A stretch of DNA of 64,000 nucleotides from Octopus sinensis (lineage: Eukaryota), in NCBI RefSeq assembly GCF_006345805.1, contig NC_042998.1:189782001-189846000 (forward strand), written 5' to 3'. Below the pieces are notes generated by a model. The model worked only from the letters and a program-made list of their open reading frames with translations. It ran no database searches and was not told the DNA's origin. Within the stretch, counting starts at the first letter, position 1; every line of letters begins with the position of its first letter. Positions 13,404 through 26,549 of this stretch are shown piece by piece. The position numbers and the translations under genes were made by a program.

Positions 13404-14589
13404 TATGTATACACACACATATATATATAAAAGGTTTTATCCGCATACACACGCACATACGTACAAATATATATAACACTTAAGATGGTTTTAGCGTTTG
13501 CTTCACCTTATTGATTTTCTTAATGTCCATATTTTGACGATATCATTTCTACTTCTAGCATAACACAGATATCCTATTTGTTTTTTGTCTATATTTTTAT
13601 GGAAGTGTTCTTTGATCTCCGGATATGTCCAACCTAATGTATGTTCGATCTACATTACTTAAATCACTCTGTGTAATGTTGGAAACATACTACATAGCCT
13701 AACACACACCTGGTTGCACACCGCCATACATCCAGTCACACATCCAGTCACATATTCAGTCGTACATACACATGCAAAGGCACACATCCAGAAACACACA
13801 GAGGTACACACACAGACACACACAGACACATACACATACATATACACAGACTAATATACAGACAAACAATCAGACACACCGTTACATACTCTAAAAACGA
13901 CGCATATACCCTGCCATTTACTGTTACACATCGAAACGCAGCTCCCTTGGTCACATATAGTTACAAACATATTGATACACAGGCGCACCCAGACATGCAC
14001 TGTTTTATACACATGCGTATACATATTCCTTAATACGCTTGCACACGCACACACATGTACACGTACGCTTGCACACGCACACACAAACCCAAAACCGCAC
14101 ACCTTAACGTACAGTTAGATACACACTGCATACAAACATACATAGTTACACACACATGGACACACAATCATTTTCATTTGGCACCCTGCCAATTAAGACA
14201 TACCTCTGAGCTTCTCTTCAGAAAAGCTCAGAGAATATTGCATAACTATACTTGCAGCTCACATCGAGAATCACTGGCGACCACACCTCGATTAGAAGGC
14301 TTTCGACCGATCCAGCCAGCTAAACGAGCTCCCCAAATGACATATTCAGATAGTAGACCATGTTTGGTTTTAAAGCATTGCCCAACATACTGTGGTTTCA
14401 TTGTTTGTGAGATGTGTGGTTAAGTTCCATAAATTTGTTTTGGCTGGATATGTTTTTCACAATAGATTTTCTATCCTATGACGCAGTGTAAGAACCGTCT
14501 AGTTATTTTTGAAACTTCATAGAAAGTCTTCAAATCATTCGAGAGCGCCTGCTCATGGAGACCACGAAAGGTGTTCTCGATTTTAAAAG

Positions 14590-14955
14590 ATCAGGTTGTG
14601 TAAGATATTTGTCTGAATTTGGTCGGGTCGTCCCGAGCAACCCGCCAAGCAGTACGCCAGGCCGTCCCAATCTTTGCGAGACACTTCCTCATCTGCCGTG
14701 ACCACGTGGTATGTGCTTGACCAACACGAGCCGTCACTCAAGTCGGATCCTCAGAGAAGAGAAAACAATAAGCAACATTCAACTCAGAAATTCGAGCAAC
14801 ATCACCAAATAGTCTGAGCTGATGCTCACCAATCATACAAATAACTGGATGCATCCCAGTTTCTGAATATAATCGTTGGTCGGATGCAAAAATCCAACCG
14901 ATGGTATCCCGTAATCCTGCCAGAGTCCTGGTATCAAAGAAACTCAGGCGGCTCC
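14590..14955 (-). mobile_element. RTE-clade LINE 3' fragment
   Basis: Minus translation HQLRLFGDVARISE..(R)HTTWSRQMRKCL..WRTAWRVARDDP resembles the RTE C-terminal RLRWFGHV..RPRGRP..W motif. Confidence 0.7.
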
Positions 14956-16212
14956 ATATATGTCAAGTTATTGAAAATATTATCGGTTTAAGTTTGTAAT
15001 TTATAATTGTGCCTTCTTTCGAAAACGAATTTACTGTTTTAGTTTTTTGGTTATCATTTAGGTAGAGCACTACTCAGTTTGCTACTAGCTTCTCGAAGAA
15101 GAACTAGATTTTGTGCATCATGTAAGAAAGTAGTAACTAGAACAGGATCATTTGCGAAGTATGTATTAATTTATATAAGGAAGGAGAGTGTGAGTATTGC
15201 CTTGGAAGAATTAGAAGATATTTAGTTTTTATTCTAGATACTGATTTTCCATATTTATAATCAAGAACAATTAGCGTTTCAGCAGTGAGTAAGAGGTGAT
15301 TTAAGTTAGATTGTTTTATAACTTTGCAGCAATATAGAAGAGTTACGATTGTAGAAAGTCTGTTATACACCCAGACACACGTACGGTTAAACACGCACCG
15401 ACATTCAATCACATACTCAGGCACGAATTCGATAGCACATATATACGCACATTAACGCAAAGCAACATTAAAACAGGCAAAGGATTAAACATGTGTTAAC
15501 ACAAATAGTTATACGCTCACTAACACAGACATATTCATAAGCACACACACACAGATATTTGTACAAATACACACCTAGGCAAACACACTAACACAGGCAC
15601 ATAGGCCATTACATACAGTTACATCCTAATATACACGCAGACGCGTATCTACTTACACATACATTAATAGAATGACACACACACAGACAGTCATATACAT
15701 AGACACACCCAGACATATAGACAGTTACACACCTAGTAACACATAAACATAGAATCAGACACATACGTGTACACTAACACATATATCCTGTTAGATACAT
15801 AGGCAGTTACATACACGAATGCACACACACACACACACGCACACACAATAACACACGTACAATTGCACACACTAACACAGAAACACCCAGTCACACACTC
15901 TTGTATGATACCTGTTCAACCCTGATTGAGCAGACATATTATCAAAGGTGTTCCAGCCATAGCCATCACAACTTTTTATATATCAAGAAAGACAGTATCA
16001 CCTTTACGTTTTTAAGACTGTGGGACGTGATATGAGTGATATTTGACTGACGTTTCTAACAGATCGACCAACTACATAAAAGTACTCATATTGGCTCGAG
16101 AATGTTTGTGATGCAGATATATGTTAAGATCACCAAGAGAGATTATCAGAGATTGTGAAGCCTAGTATTTGTTGTGGGGAAGCACTTTGATAAATTTATG
16201 TTTTTCAAAACC

Positions 16213-16258
16213 CTGTAACAGTAAAAACCCTGCATACTCAGGGTTTTTACTGTTACAG
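16213..16258. repeat. Perfect 20-bp inverted repeat with 6-nt loop
   Basis: ctgtaacagtaaaaaccctg-catact-cagggtttttactgttacag. Confidence 0.97.
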
Positions 16259-16281
16259 TATTACCTTGATATTTGACCGCG

Positions 16282-16436
16282 GCATGGCCTAATGGTTAAG
16301 AAATTTGTAACCACGAGGTCTCAGGTTCGATCCCAATGCGTGGCATCAGGAGAAAGATGGCGCTTTACATCACGGCCTCGGTTTGCGACAAGCATTGTGA
16401 GTGAAATTGAATTGATGGAAACTGTAGAAGCCCGAA
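16282..16436 (+). mobile_element. Degenerate OR-type SINE head
   Basis: ggcatggcctaatggttaag..caggttcgatccc..gcattgtgagtgaaattg..gaaactgtagaagcccg. Confidence 0.7.
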
Positions 16437-17013
16437 CAATGTTACAGCGATTCTATCTGATTATTAGGTTAAAGATACGGGCGTTTGTGGACAGCTCAGC
16501 CGCTTACACGCTAATCAGTAAATAGGTAATTCTGTTGATGAAATAATTGAATCATCATCGACAAAGTAATGAAACTTTCTTCATTTTTATTACCTTGATA
16601 TACTTACAGATTATCTTTGTGATGTTGAAGGGAACAAGTTTGTTTATTCCATTATAAACATATCTATACTGATACATATACCACATGTCAACAAATACAT
16701 ATACATGCATATATGTAGTATTCTTACAAATGTATAGGTGAGCATTTACGTTTATATTTATATATTTTAATGTACTTTTCCAATGATGAGGGAAGGGATC
16801 AAGAAGAATGCCTTCAGCTATTTCAACAGTCGTCAGTTATACAATGTCGTAGATACTTATGGCGGTTAACTCTGTAAGTCCATGCTTGTAACATTGGGTT
16901 ATAAGACAAAACGTATTTAAATGAATCTGATTACAAAAAGCACAATTGATGTTTATACCAGTGGCCAGATTTTCCCCGCCACATGTATATATATATACAC
17001 ACACACATACACA

Positions 17014-17137
<124 letters not shown>

Positions 17138-17174
17138 TCGTTGAATGAATCACTATGAATCACTATCATTACTA

Positions 17175-17363
17175 TGGACTCCGTGTGGGCAGTAATCTAA
17201 AAGTTTTCGTTCGTCATGATGCTGACATAAGTTCTTTGTCTTTCCTGATAAGAAGGCGGCATAATGCACCCTTTATTCCTTCGGAATTAGGAATATGCAG
17301 TCTTCGAAACTTATGTCGAGAATAAAGGAATTTTGTTAAATCGTCGTTCGACTCCATTCTCTC

Positions 17364-17370
<7 letters not shown>
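17175..17370 (+). mobile_element. Penelope-like terminal fragment running into (TA)n
   Basis: Carries hammerhead motif; same family as the fold-back at 18404-18554. Confidence 0.6.
17232..17329 (+). ncRNA. Type I hammerhead ribozyme motif with long stems, one core change (CTGATAA)
   Basis: Stem I ttctttgt(c)tttc/gagaataaagga 12 bp with one bulge; core CTGATAA 17245-17251; stem II gaaggcggcata/tatgcagtcttc 11 of 12 bp; GAAA 17306-17309; cttatg; TC cleavage site at 17316-17317. Confidence 0.7.
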
Positions 17371-17414
<44 letters not shown>

Positions 17415-17958
17415 AATAAAACGAGTGGTAGCTTACTGGTAAAACACGGTGACTTTCACAATGATCGTTATGTATATGGCAAATGAAAGACGGTAGATGG
17501 AATATACGAGAATTTATTAATCACGATAATTGTTTCGACACATCTAGCATCGATTCCTCATGGGTGGAACACTCAACAACTGGTTCAAGAGGATCCGGTG
17601 GTGTAGATGTATCTCATCGGGTGATAAATAGACACAACTCGTTAAAATAACAGTTCTGCAATGTAACTTTTCGTTTGATAGAAAGAAAAGTAGTCAGACG
17701 GAGGAAATATCTTCATTTACAGGGAGGATTAAAAATAAAATCGGAAAGAAAGAGAAACGAACACGCAATACAGACGTATCTAGACGCACACATGTACAGA
17801 CATACATTCGTCTAAACATATATGTGTATTATATTCAGATACACTCAAGTGCGCGCATCTCCTCATAAGCAGTATATATATATATGTAGGTCCCGGGTTG
17901 AGTCGGAGTTAACCACAGTAAATAAGGTACTCAATACATGGCAGAGTAAATTAATTTA

Positions 17959-18152
<194 letters not shown>

Positions 18153-18370
18153 CACATATAAATATATGTGCACGCACTTATATTCAGCTATATGTACACT
18201 GACGCAGGAACATACACTGACATATTAATTTCAGGTCAAGATTCTGGAGTAATCAATAACAAATATTTATGGACGAAAGGATTCAATACTGGTTAAAATA
18301 TATATATTTACCCTCCTCATCTATATATATATTCGTCTTCTGTTTTTCTGTAAATTTCAACTATATATAT

Positions 18371-18402
<32 letters not shown>

Positions 18403-18403
18403 A

Positions 18404-18554
18404 ATATATGAAAGAATGGAGCTGAACGACAAATTAACAAAATTCCTTTATTTTCGACATATGTTTCGAAGGCTGCATATTCCTAATTGCGAAACATATG
18501 TCGAAAATAAAGGAATTTTGTTAATTTGTCGTTCATCTCCATTCTTTCATATAT
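18404..18554. repeat. 65-bp fold-back palindrome (1 mismatch, 21-nt spacer) made from the same family as 17175-17370
   Basis: Arms 18404-18468 and 18490-18554. Confidence 0.97.
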
Positions 18555-18682
18555 TTATATATATAAGCACGTAATCTATGACCTATGCACGTAACTTCAA
18601 CCGTGTTTTTTCTGATGTGAATTTGCTACCCAGGTATCGGTTAATTCGAATTATCCTTAATAAGATAATTCATTCAACTACT

Positions 18683-18786
<104 letters not shown>

Positions 18787-18809
18787 TATATATACATACA
18801 CATATATAC

Positions 18810-18846
<37 letters not shown>

Positions 18847-19382
18847 ATATATATATATAATATATGTGTATGTATATATATGAACACACAGAGTTGGTCC
18901 TGATAAGGTAGAAAATCGGTATATTACCAATGCAACACTCGACACTAACTTCTGGATGTCTATACTCTCATATCTTCCTTCTTCTATAAGCAACACTAAA
19001 TACATGACTTAATGCTACTCTGGATAAAGCTGTACTCTCACATATTCAACCACACTTAATGCGTAATCTTTTTTTTTTTTATATGCAATGTTTTCAGAAA
19101 TGGAGTGGTACAGAAACGATCGTAACGAATATGAAATTTCTGTTAAGTTCATTCTTCGACTTCTTACTTATACACCCCACCACCATGCAGAGGCAAAATG
19201 CAATTTGAAAACTGAGAAAAAATATAAATAAAATCTGATAGATAACGGATTTCGAACTTGGCACGTTTAGTTTCTCCCGCTTTGGAGATTGACTAGTGAG
19301 GTATCATATTCAACTCATATATTCCTCTCTCCCTTCTCTTTCTCCCCTCCACACTCATATACACACAAACACACAACTTTAA

Positions 19383-19491
<109 letters not shown>

Positions 19492-19599
19492 CATACATAG
19501 ATACATACACAGATACATACATATATATCTATATGTACATGCATGCATAGATTCGATTTTAAGATAAGGAAATTAAATATGTTGTCAATACACACATAG

Positions 19600-20000
19600 G
19601 ATATTATTCTAGTGAGTTGGGCATATGTACATTTGGAACAGGCAGTTTATCTCAATCGCAGTAGAAAGAAAGGAAGCAAATGATAATAACATATCACCAT
19701 CTATAGGAAGAGTCTGATTGTGTTGGAAAAAAGATAGCACGTCTGGGAAATAGATGATAGAATTGACATTCCGCAAAGTCTTCTTATAAAACGTTTACCT
19801 ATATAACAACCCTTGGTTGGAAACCATTATGTGAAATGGAATGAAAAAAATTTCTGTAGGGATAGTTGAATATGAGAAGTGATTAACAAGTGGTTGGTGT
19901 CGGAGATATCTCAAAGGAAGCAGTACTCAAGTACTTTAGGATGCATTAGAGGAAAAATAGTAATGGTAAAACTAGGATAATAGTTTACAAATGAAATGCA
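19600..20000 (-). mobile_element. Highly decayed CR1/L2-group RT fragment
   Basis: Minus-strand remnants PKVLE, TNHLL, SFFQHNQTLPIDG in RT-like order; many frameshifts. Confidence 0.3.
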
Positions 20001-20935
20001 TAAAACTATAACGGAGAAACAATTTGCATGGTTACCGATCACGATATTTTTTATTTCTGCTCATCAGCCATAAGTGATTAGTTAGTTTGATTCAAGATGG
20101 CATGTACAGTGATGCAGACACAGCTTAAAAGTGAATTCTGCTTCGTGTTTCCGCGAAAATAAACTCGTGTGCGTTGCTGGTTCACAGCTTCCATTTTCTC
20201 TCTCTTCCTCTGCGGCAGAGATTACTTGCATTGTAGCGTTAGACAATGGAAGATATCAGCCTGATAAACGGGAAATAAGCTTTTGTGGGAAAGAAAAGCA
20301 GAGGTAAAGATGGTAGGAGAGTTGGATGAGAAAGCAATGTGAAAGATTTTAGTGGTTAGAAAATATTTGAGAATTATAAAGGAAAGAGCTAGAACAAATA
20401 TTGTTTTAAGGAAGACGTGGCAAATACTATAGAAACGTTATTAAAATCGTAATTGGAATGAAAAGTGGTGTAACAAGAGAAAGGTAAAGAATAAGATATT
20501 ATAAAATGATTAACTTAAATATAAGCTAGTAACAAAAACAGTATACACATATATGCTAGAAGTATGTTCGAATACATGCTAGAAGAATGTATGAATGTAC
20601 ATACTTCTAGCATGTATAACGTCAACTTTTTATATATAACCAGTTAAATATTTTAATTCTCTAATAGCATTGCCTCCTGATTTCTCAATGAATTTTATTT
20701 AACGTACATACATATGTATATATGTATATACACAGAATGATTGATATGTGTGTGTGTGTGTTGTGTGTGTGTGTGTGTATCTGTGTGTCTGGTGTGCAAG
20801 TAAATCAAGCAAATCTTATCTGCATTTACATGTTTTAGCTCTAATGCGAGTTTTAACCAAATGATATTATTTCATAAAATTCAGGAAAACAGAAAGAAAG
20901 GTAAGTTTCACAAGTCCAAACATATATTGCGCGCA

Positions 20936-20972
<37 letters not shown>

Positions 20973-21130
20973 ATGCACACACAAACATACAAACACGCTC
21001 GCACATAAATAAAGAGAGAGACAGAGAGAGAGAAAGAGAGAGATAGAGATAGAGAGAAGAATGCGAACAGAGGAAAAGAGTTCTTAACTCGTGCATTGCC
21101 GCAGTCTAATGACTGAAACAAATAAAAGAT

Positions 21131-21198
<68 letters not shown>

Positions 21199-21498
21199 AT
21201 ATACACATATATATATATATATATAATATATACATACATGTATACACACACACTTGTGTATACGTGTGTGTGCGTATTCGTGTCTATGTGTAAATACACA
21301 ACAGAACCTAAAAACCTTACTGTGATTTAAATAAAAATATAAATACATTATATGCTACTATTGCGCAGGAAAAAGTGAGAGGGAGTCTTCTGACAAACCG
21401 TTTCACGGTTTGCTGACCAAAACTCATGAAAGACGTGCCCGCCTTCCTTCATCACTCAACAGCACAAAGTAGCACACACACACACACACACATATATA

Positions 21499-22018
21499 CC
21501 GTAAATCCTCGAGAATAATCCGCATTTTTTTCTTAAAATTTAAAGGTCAAAATCCCTTGTGCGTACTATATACGAGGTTAAAAATGAAATATATTTTCTA
21601 AGCAATGTCCTAGTCTCTATTTGCTGTCCGGCAATGTTTATTCAGACGTATTTTGTAATTACGGGCGCGAAAATACCTTAAGCTAAGCCTAAAAGCAAGG
21701 AAGTCATAAAAGAATCATCCATAACTTGCAGTAAGCAACATTTATTAAAATAAAAGTATCCAGAACACTGAATAACATGTAAAAACGCAATTTGCAAACA
21801 TATTTACATTCCCATATAACAGTTAAGAACATTCCCATTATTGTATTACGCATGCGCGGAAGTGTTTGTTCGACTAGGAGCTGCTGGCTTTATTACGCAC
21901 GACTCAAGTTAGAGAAGGGGTGCCTATTTTACACAAGGTTTAGGTTTTTCAGAGGTACAGCTTCCTAACCCCCCCTGCGTATTATACTCAAGGGCGGGCT
22001 ATACTCGAGGATTAACAG
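21499..22018. mobile_element. Non-autonomous Tc1/mariner-superfamily (pogo/Tc2-like) MITE, ~520 bp, TA target duplication
   Basis: TA|ccgtaaatcctcgagaataatccgc ... gcgggctatactcgaggattaacag|TA; second copy at 57297-57781. Confidence 0.85.
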
Positions 22019-22069
22019 TATATATATATGATAAATTAATAAATAAAACATATGCATATATACATACAT

Positions 22070-22620
22070 ATATGTACGTACCTACGTCTACATGTATTTA
22101 TACACGCATATATGGGTACAGGACACCAAAAAAAAAACGTCGAACACAATGAGAAACGAAAACATAAACACAAAACCAAGGAACTGGACATTTTTCTTAA
22201 GCAACAAAAAAATAGAGTACAGGACAAATAAAACAAGGAAAATTCCCCTTCTTCAGTCGCCATGATTTCATCTACTCTGCGTTTCGAAGGTGAAGGCGAT
22301 ACGCATCTTCGATAGAAACTTTCCTTCCGGCGAAAAGCAAATTAAATAAAATTTGAGATCTTTTTGCGGAGGGGTAAAAATGGTAACAAAAACAGGACAG
22401 TAAAGACAGTACAAAATATAAACAGTAAAAGACAGGACAAGGAGAATAACAAGACAAGAAGGGATGTTAAGCCGAACGAGAAAAAGTATTACGAACGCTA
22501 TTTTTGAGAACGGAGAAGGAGCAACAGAAAATGCCGTCCACACTTCAAGGAAGTCAGGCCAGAAAGACAGTAGCAGAGCTCTCGTCGCGGGTCAACGACG
22601 AGAGGGAGGAGGAGGAGCAT
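22070..22620 (+). mobile_element. Interspersed repeat (probably Penelope-like terminal region), second copy at 33414-34330
   Basis: Collinear similarity to the inverted copy at 33819-34330 (gaaacgaaaacataaa, ttccccttcttcagt, ggtaacaa.aa.aggacag). Confidence 0.55.
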
Positions 22621-22758
22621 ATATATTCATCAGCATATGTAAACAAAGTGTTTTTGTAAAATGTCCAGTCTTTCTGCTGTTTTCACTGCCATACTGCATT
22701 CGAAATGTTACTTTCTTGTCTGCATGACACAATACTCATTCAACGATTGCTGTCAACG

Positions 22759-22828
22759 GTCAATTTAGCTTTATGGTAGAGTACTCAGCCTATATCTGAA
22801 AGGTGCGGGTTCGAGTCCCGTGGCTGTC
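22759..22828 (+). pseudogene. tRNA-like sequence (pseudo-tRNA, anticodon position reads TAT) with downstream T7 run
   Basis: Box A tagctttatggtagag, T-arm gcggg-ttcgagt-cccgt, anticodon arm ctcag-cctatat-ctgaa; acceptor stem has 2 mismatches and position 33 is C; TTTTTTT at 22839-22845. Confidence 0.55.
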
Positions 22829-24434
22829 TCCTGACACCTTTTTTTCCAGTCTCATAAGGGGAAAAGCGCCCAGCCTTTCTGCTGTTTTCACCGCTATACT
22901 GCGTTCGAAATATTACTTTCTTTTCTGTATCGTACGATATATACATATATATTTGTTGGTGCTCGAGTATAACCACCGCCTTAAGGCTGAACTGTATAAA
23001 AGCAAATACATCATTCATAAATTAGACTAGTTCTTTGATAGATAGCTCAATTATGATATGTACTGTTTGTAATGTCTGGATCAATTTGAGTCCTAAGGTA
23101 TGGTGCATAAAATAGTTTTTCTTTTTATTGATGACGAGATGTCAGAAGCATAAATATGCAAATTAGTATCTTCACCATGTTGCTTGCCTAATGTGTTATG
23201 ATTTATGTAGCAATTGGTTTGTGCGAGAAGGAAGTTGAATACGTTTTCTCTGTGAAATAGTAAATGAAACTTCTGGAGACTTCATCCTACTTTCTTCGCA
23301 CACTGTGGTGTAGAAAGAATCTGCTTACATTCGTCTGTATCCCACAGTGAGGCTTTTTAATATTCAACTATATGTGTGTGCATATGTATATATTTGTGTG
23401 TGTATCTATTATGATTTATAAGATAATTGAATGTAATAACATGGAGATTTGGCTGCTGTTTCCAGCAGACTGAGCACCTTCCTCTGGCTTAGATGCCTTC
23501 TCTTGCTTTCTGTTCAGCAATAGCGAAAGTGTTGTGTCAAACTACGAAGAAAAACAATGAAAGACTAACAACGAAAATAAAAGTAGAATGAGAGACGAAA
23601 TCAGTAAAAAACGAAAAGAAAATTATGTTGAATTTAGTGTGAAAATATAATGACACCTTGCATTTGTTGTTAGTTACCTAATTACTTTTACGCCTTCCAG
23701 TTAGTTTCTAATTAAAGATATTCATGCATAGCAGCATTTTTCAGTTACAACATAATTATCACAATGTTATAACTGCAGTATTTTTATACAATTCTCTCTC
23801 ACGTGTCATCATTTTTAAACATCTCAGTTGAATTAGCTTTAAAACAAGCTCATAATTTTTTTATGTTTCTCTGTTCAATTAGCATCATTTTTTCCATATA
23901 AAACTTATTAAATGCGTTTTTTTAGAATAATGTATCTAGTTATTCGAACAAATAGTTATTTTATAACCCATAAAGTTTAATTTTTTATACGAATCCAATG
24001 AAAAATTTTTCATCAACTTTTTCTTTTACTTCTTTTCATTCAACTTTAATTTTAGATGCGTAACCTGAAGTATGCATGTTTTAATAATATATACAGACAT
24101 TCTACACAGGAAGATGAATTGTAATTTATTGTTAAGGAGAAAGATTATGATATCCGTGCATTTCTCCGAAGTTAATCAATGACTTTATTGTTTCAGAATG
24201 TCAGAATACAAGCCAATATATAACTATGGCACTAAGTCGTAAGCGTTGGTGGAGGGTACAGTTAATGAAGTCTAATCTAGTTGTAACTGATACTTTCTTC
24301 AACCATCCAAGTCGTATGTTTTACAACTTAGTCAAGTTTGTAAGAGCAGCGCCCGTAACGCCACTTCAGCGCTTCCGAGACTAGTAAGAGTAAAAAGACG
24401 AAGATAAATCTGCTACCCAGGATCAGAAACTGAC

Positions 24435-24908
24435 ATCTGCTCTTCTCTTCATTCTTGCAAACTCATTTCACCCTTTTTGGATAGACTTGTGACTGGTGAC
24501 GAAAAATGGATCTTCTATCGAAATGTTAAACGTTGTAAATAGTGGCTTGGTAAAAAGGGAAAAGCTCAACCCCAACCGAGAAAGGAACTTCATAGTAAAA
24601 AGGTTCTTCTCTCTGTCTGGTGGGATTGCAAATGAGTAATTCACTTTGAATTACAATGCAATAATCAATGCTCAAGTCTACTGTCAGAAATTAGAGCGTT
24701 TGAGCCAAGCTTTGAAGAAAAAAGATCTGCTTTAGTGAATCGAAAAGAAGTGGTGTTTCATCAGGACAATGCGCGACCCCACACTGCAAAGATCACATCA
24801 CAGAAGATCGAAGCGCTTGGTTGGGAAAAAATTCCTCATCCACCTTATTCTCCCGATCTTGCTCCTTCAGACGACCATTTGTTTCGTAGTTTACAGAATC
24901 ATTTTGGG
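24435..24908 (+). mobile_element. mariner (DD34D) transposase catalytic-domain fragment, pseudogenised
   Basis: FLDRLVTGDEKW, KKVLLSVWWD, VVFHQDNARPHT, HPPYSPDLAPSDDHLFRSLQNHF; internal stops and frameshifts. Confidence 0.95.
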
Positions 24909-24994
24909 GACATAACTTTCAGCGCTCTACCCATTCTACCACCCTACGCCGTTTCAAAGAACAATACAAGGACATGCATACTGAAAATATTTCG

Positions 24995-25357
24995 TTACAC
25001 CGTATTATTTTCTTGTGCACATTTTGTCTCTACATATTCTGTGTTCCAAGGCGCCCAAATCGAATTTTTTTTTTTGAATCCTTTCGTGGCCAGTAAATAC
25101 CAGTTATGTTCCGGATTGTTTAAATCAATATTGTATCCATTTTCCAAAACGTGTGGACTTGCACCTATCTTAGAAATCATTCTTTAGTTGACGGAATGAC
25201 TGGCAGGTACTATCTTGAAGGAAGGAGAGACCGTGAACATTCATGAAATGCTTAAAATATAGAACGTTCGATACTTAAATGAGTCCGTGTTCAACGTTAC
25301 GTATAGTTTAGTAAAAAAAAATCAAAACTACTCTTATTTGAATCTAAACTATTCTTC
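24995..25357 (-). pseudogene. Unidentified decayed reading frame (~120 codons, two internal stops)
   Basis: One minus frame: KNSLDSNKSSFDFFFTKLYVTLNTDSFKYRTFYILSIS*MFTVSPSFKIVPASHSVN*RMISKIGASPHVLENGYNIDLNNPEHNWYLLATKGFKKKNSIWAPWNTEYVETKCAQENNTV*; protein-like but not recognised. Confidence 0.3.
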
Positions 25358-25534
25358 TAAATCCCTTTACCGAGCTGACACAAAATCCAGACACTTTTCC
25401 TCCTCGCTAAAAATGATAACTATTCAGTGTGTGCGTGTGTGTGTGCGCGCACGCGTGCGTGAGTGAGACAGAGTGAGAGAGAGGGGGGATGGCGAGAGAA
25501 AGTTCCTGGGTCCGTGTATGTGTGTGTGTGTGCC

Positions 25535-25585
<51 letters not shown>

Positions 25586-25642
25586 TATAGTGAAAGAGCT
25601 ACAAATAGGGAGTGATACACAAAACCAGAGATGGCGCAAAGT

Positions 25643-25712
<70 letters not shown>

Positions 25713-26152
25713 GTCTTTCTATCTATCTGCCTGTCTGTTGGTCTCTGTCTCTGCCCTTCTTTCTCCTTCTCTCTCCGTTTCTCTCTTTCTCTCACTCTAC
25801 GCACATACATACATATATACACGCACAAGGAAAGAGAAATGTAAAGGAGAAACGGAGAAATAGAGAGAGGGAGAGTGAGATAGAGATTTTAATTAAATAC
25901 CGATAAATAAGTACCAGATTTAGAGTACATATTGGGGTAGATTTCTTCGACTAATCCCTTCAAAACGGTGCCCCAGCGTAGCCCCAGTCTAATGGCTCAA
26001 AGAAGTAAAAGAAAGGAGATCTAGAGAATTAAAACATTGTAAACTTCGTTTTCCGAATCGGTCATTAACGTATTTAAACACGAGGTCAATCCAGATCAAG
26101 CAAAGTTTTGATCAAAAGCGTTGCAGCCGTGCATATCCATTTTTATTCAGAC

Positions 26153-26549
26153 ACTAGCAGTATTGCCCGGCGTTGCTCGGGTTTGTAAGGGAAATAACTA
26201 TACAGCATTTTTAGAGAATTATAGCCAAAAAATAGCAAAAAAATGCATTAAAAATGGAAAAAAATATGATGGTAATTTTTTTAAAAAATCGTTGACTCAT
26301 CGTAGACATTTTTAGAGAGTTACTTCCCTTTAAAAAAATATGCATGAAAATGGAAAAAAGTGATGGTAAATTATTTTTAAAATCGTAGACTCATCGTAGA
26401 CGCGCGCTAATACCCAGAAGGGCTCGATATGAATCACGACTATAAGATACCCGGTTTTGGTTAAACTGCACCGCAAAATGTGGGAGTAGTTAGGAATCTA
26501 AATCGAAGGGGACAGACACTCACACAACTACAGTTTTATATATATAGAT
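26153..26549 (+). mobile_element. Non-autonomous Helentron/HINE (DINE-1-like) element
   Basis: 5' actagcagtattgcccggcgttgctcggg (short hairpin); 3' gacagacact..caactacagttttatatatatagat; internal ~90-bp duplication. Confidence 0.7.

Noticed and set aside
14204-14233. 10-bp hairpin ctctgagctt/aagctcagag
   Set aside because: Same chance argument; no supporting context
22759-22828. Functional tRNA-Ile(TAT) gene
   Set aside because: C at position 33, two acceptor-stem mismatches, a mismatched anticodon-stem pair and no intron; kept only as a pseudo-tRNA
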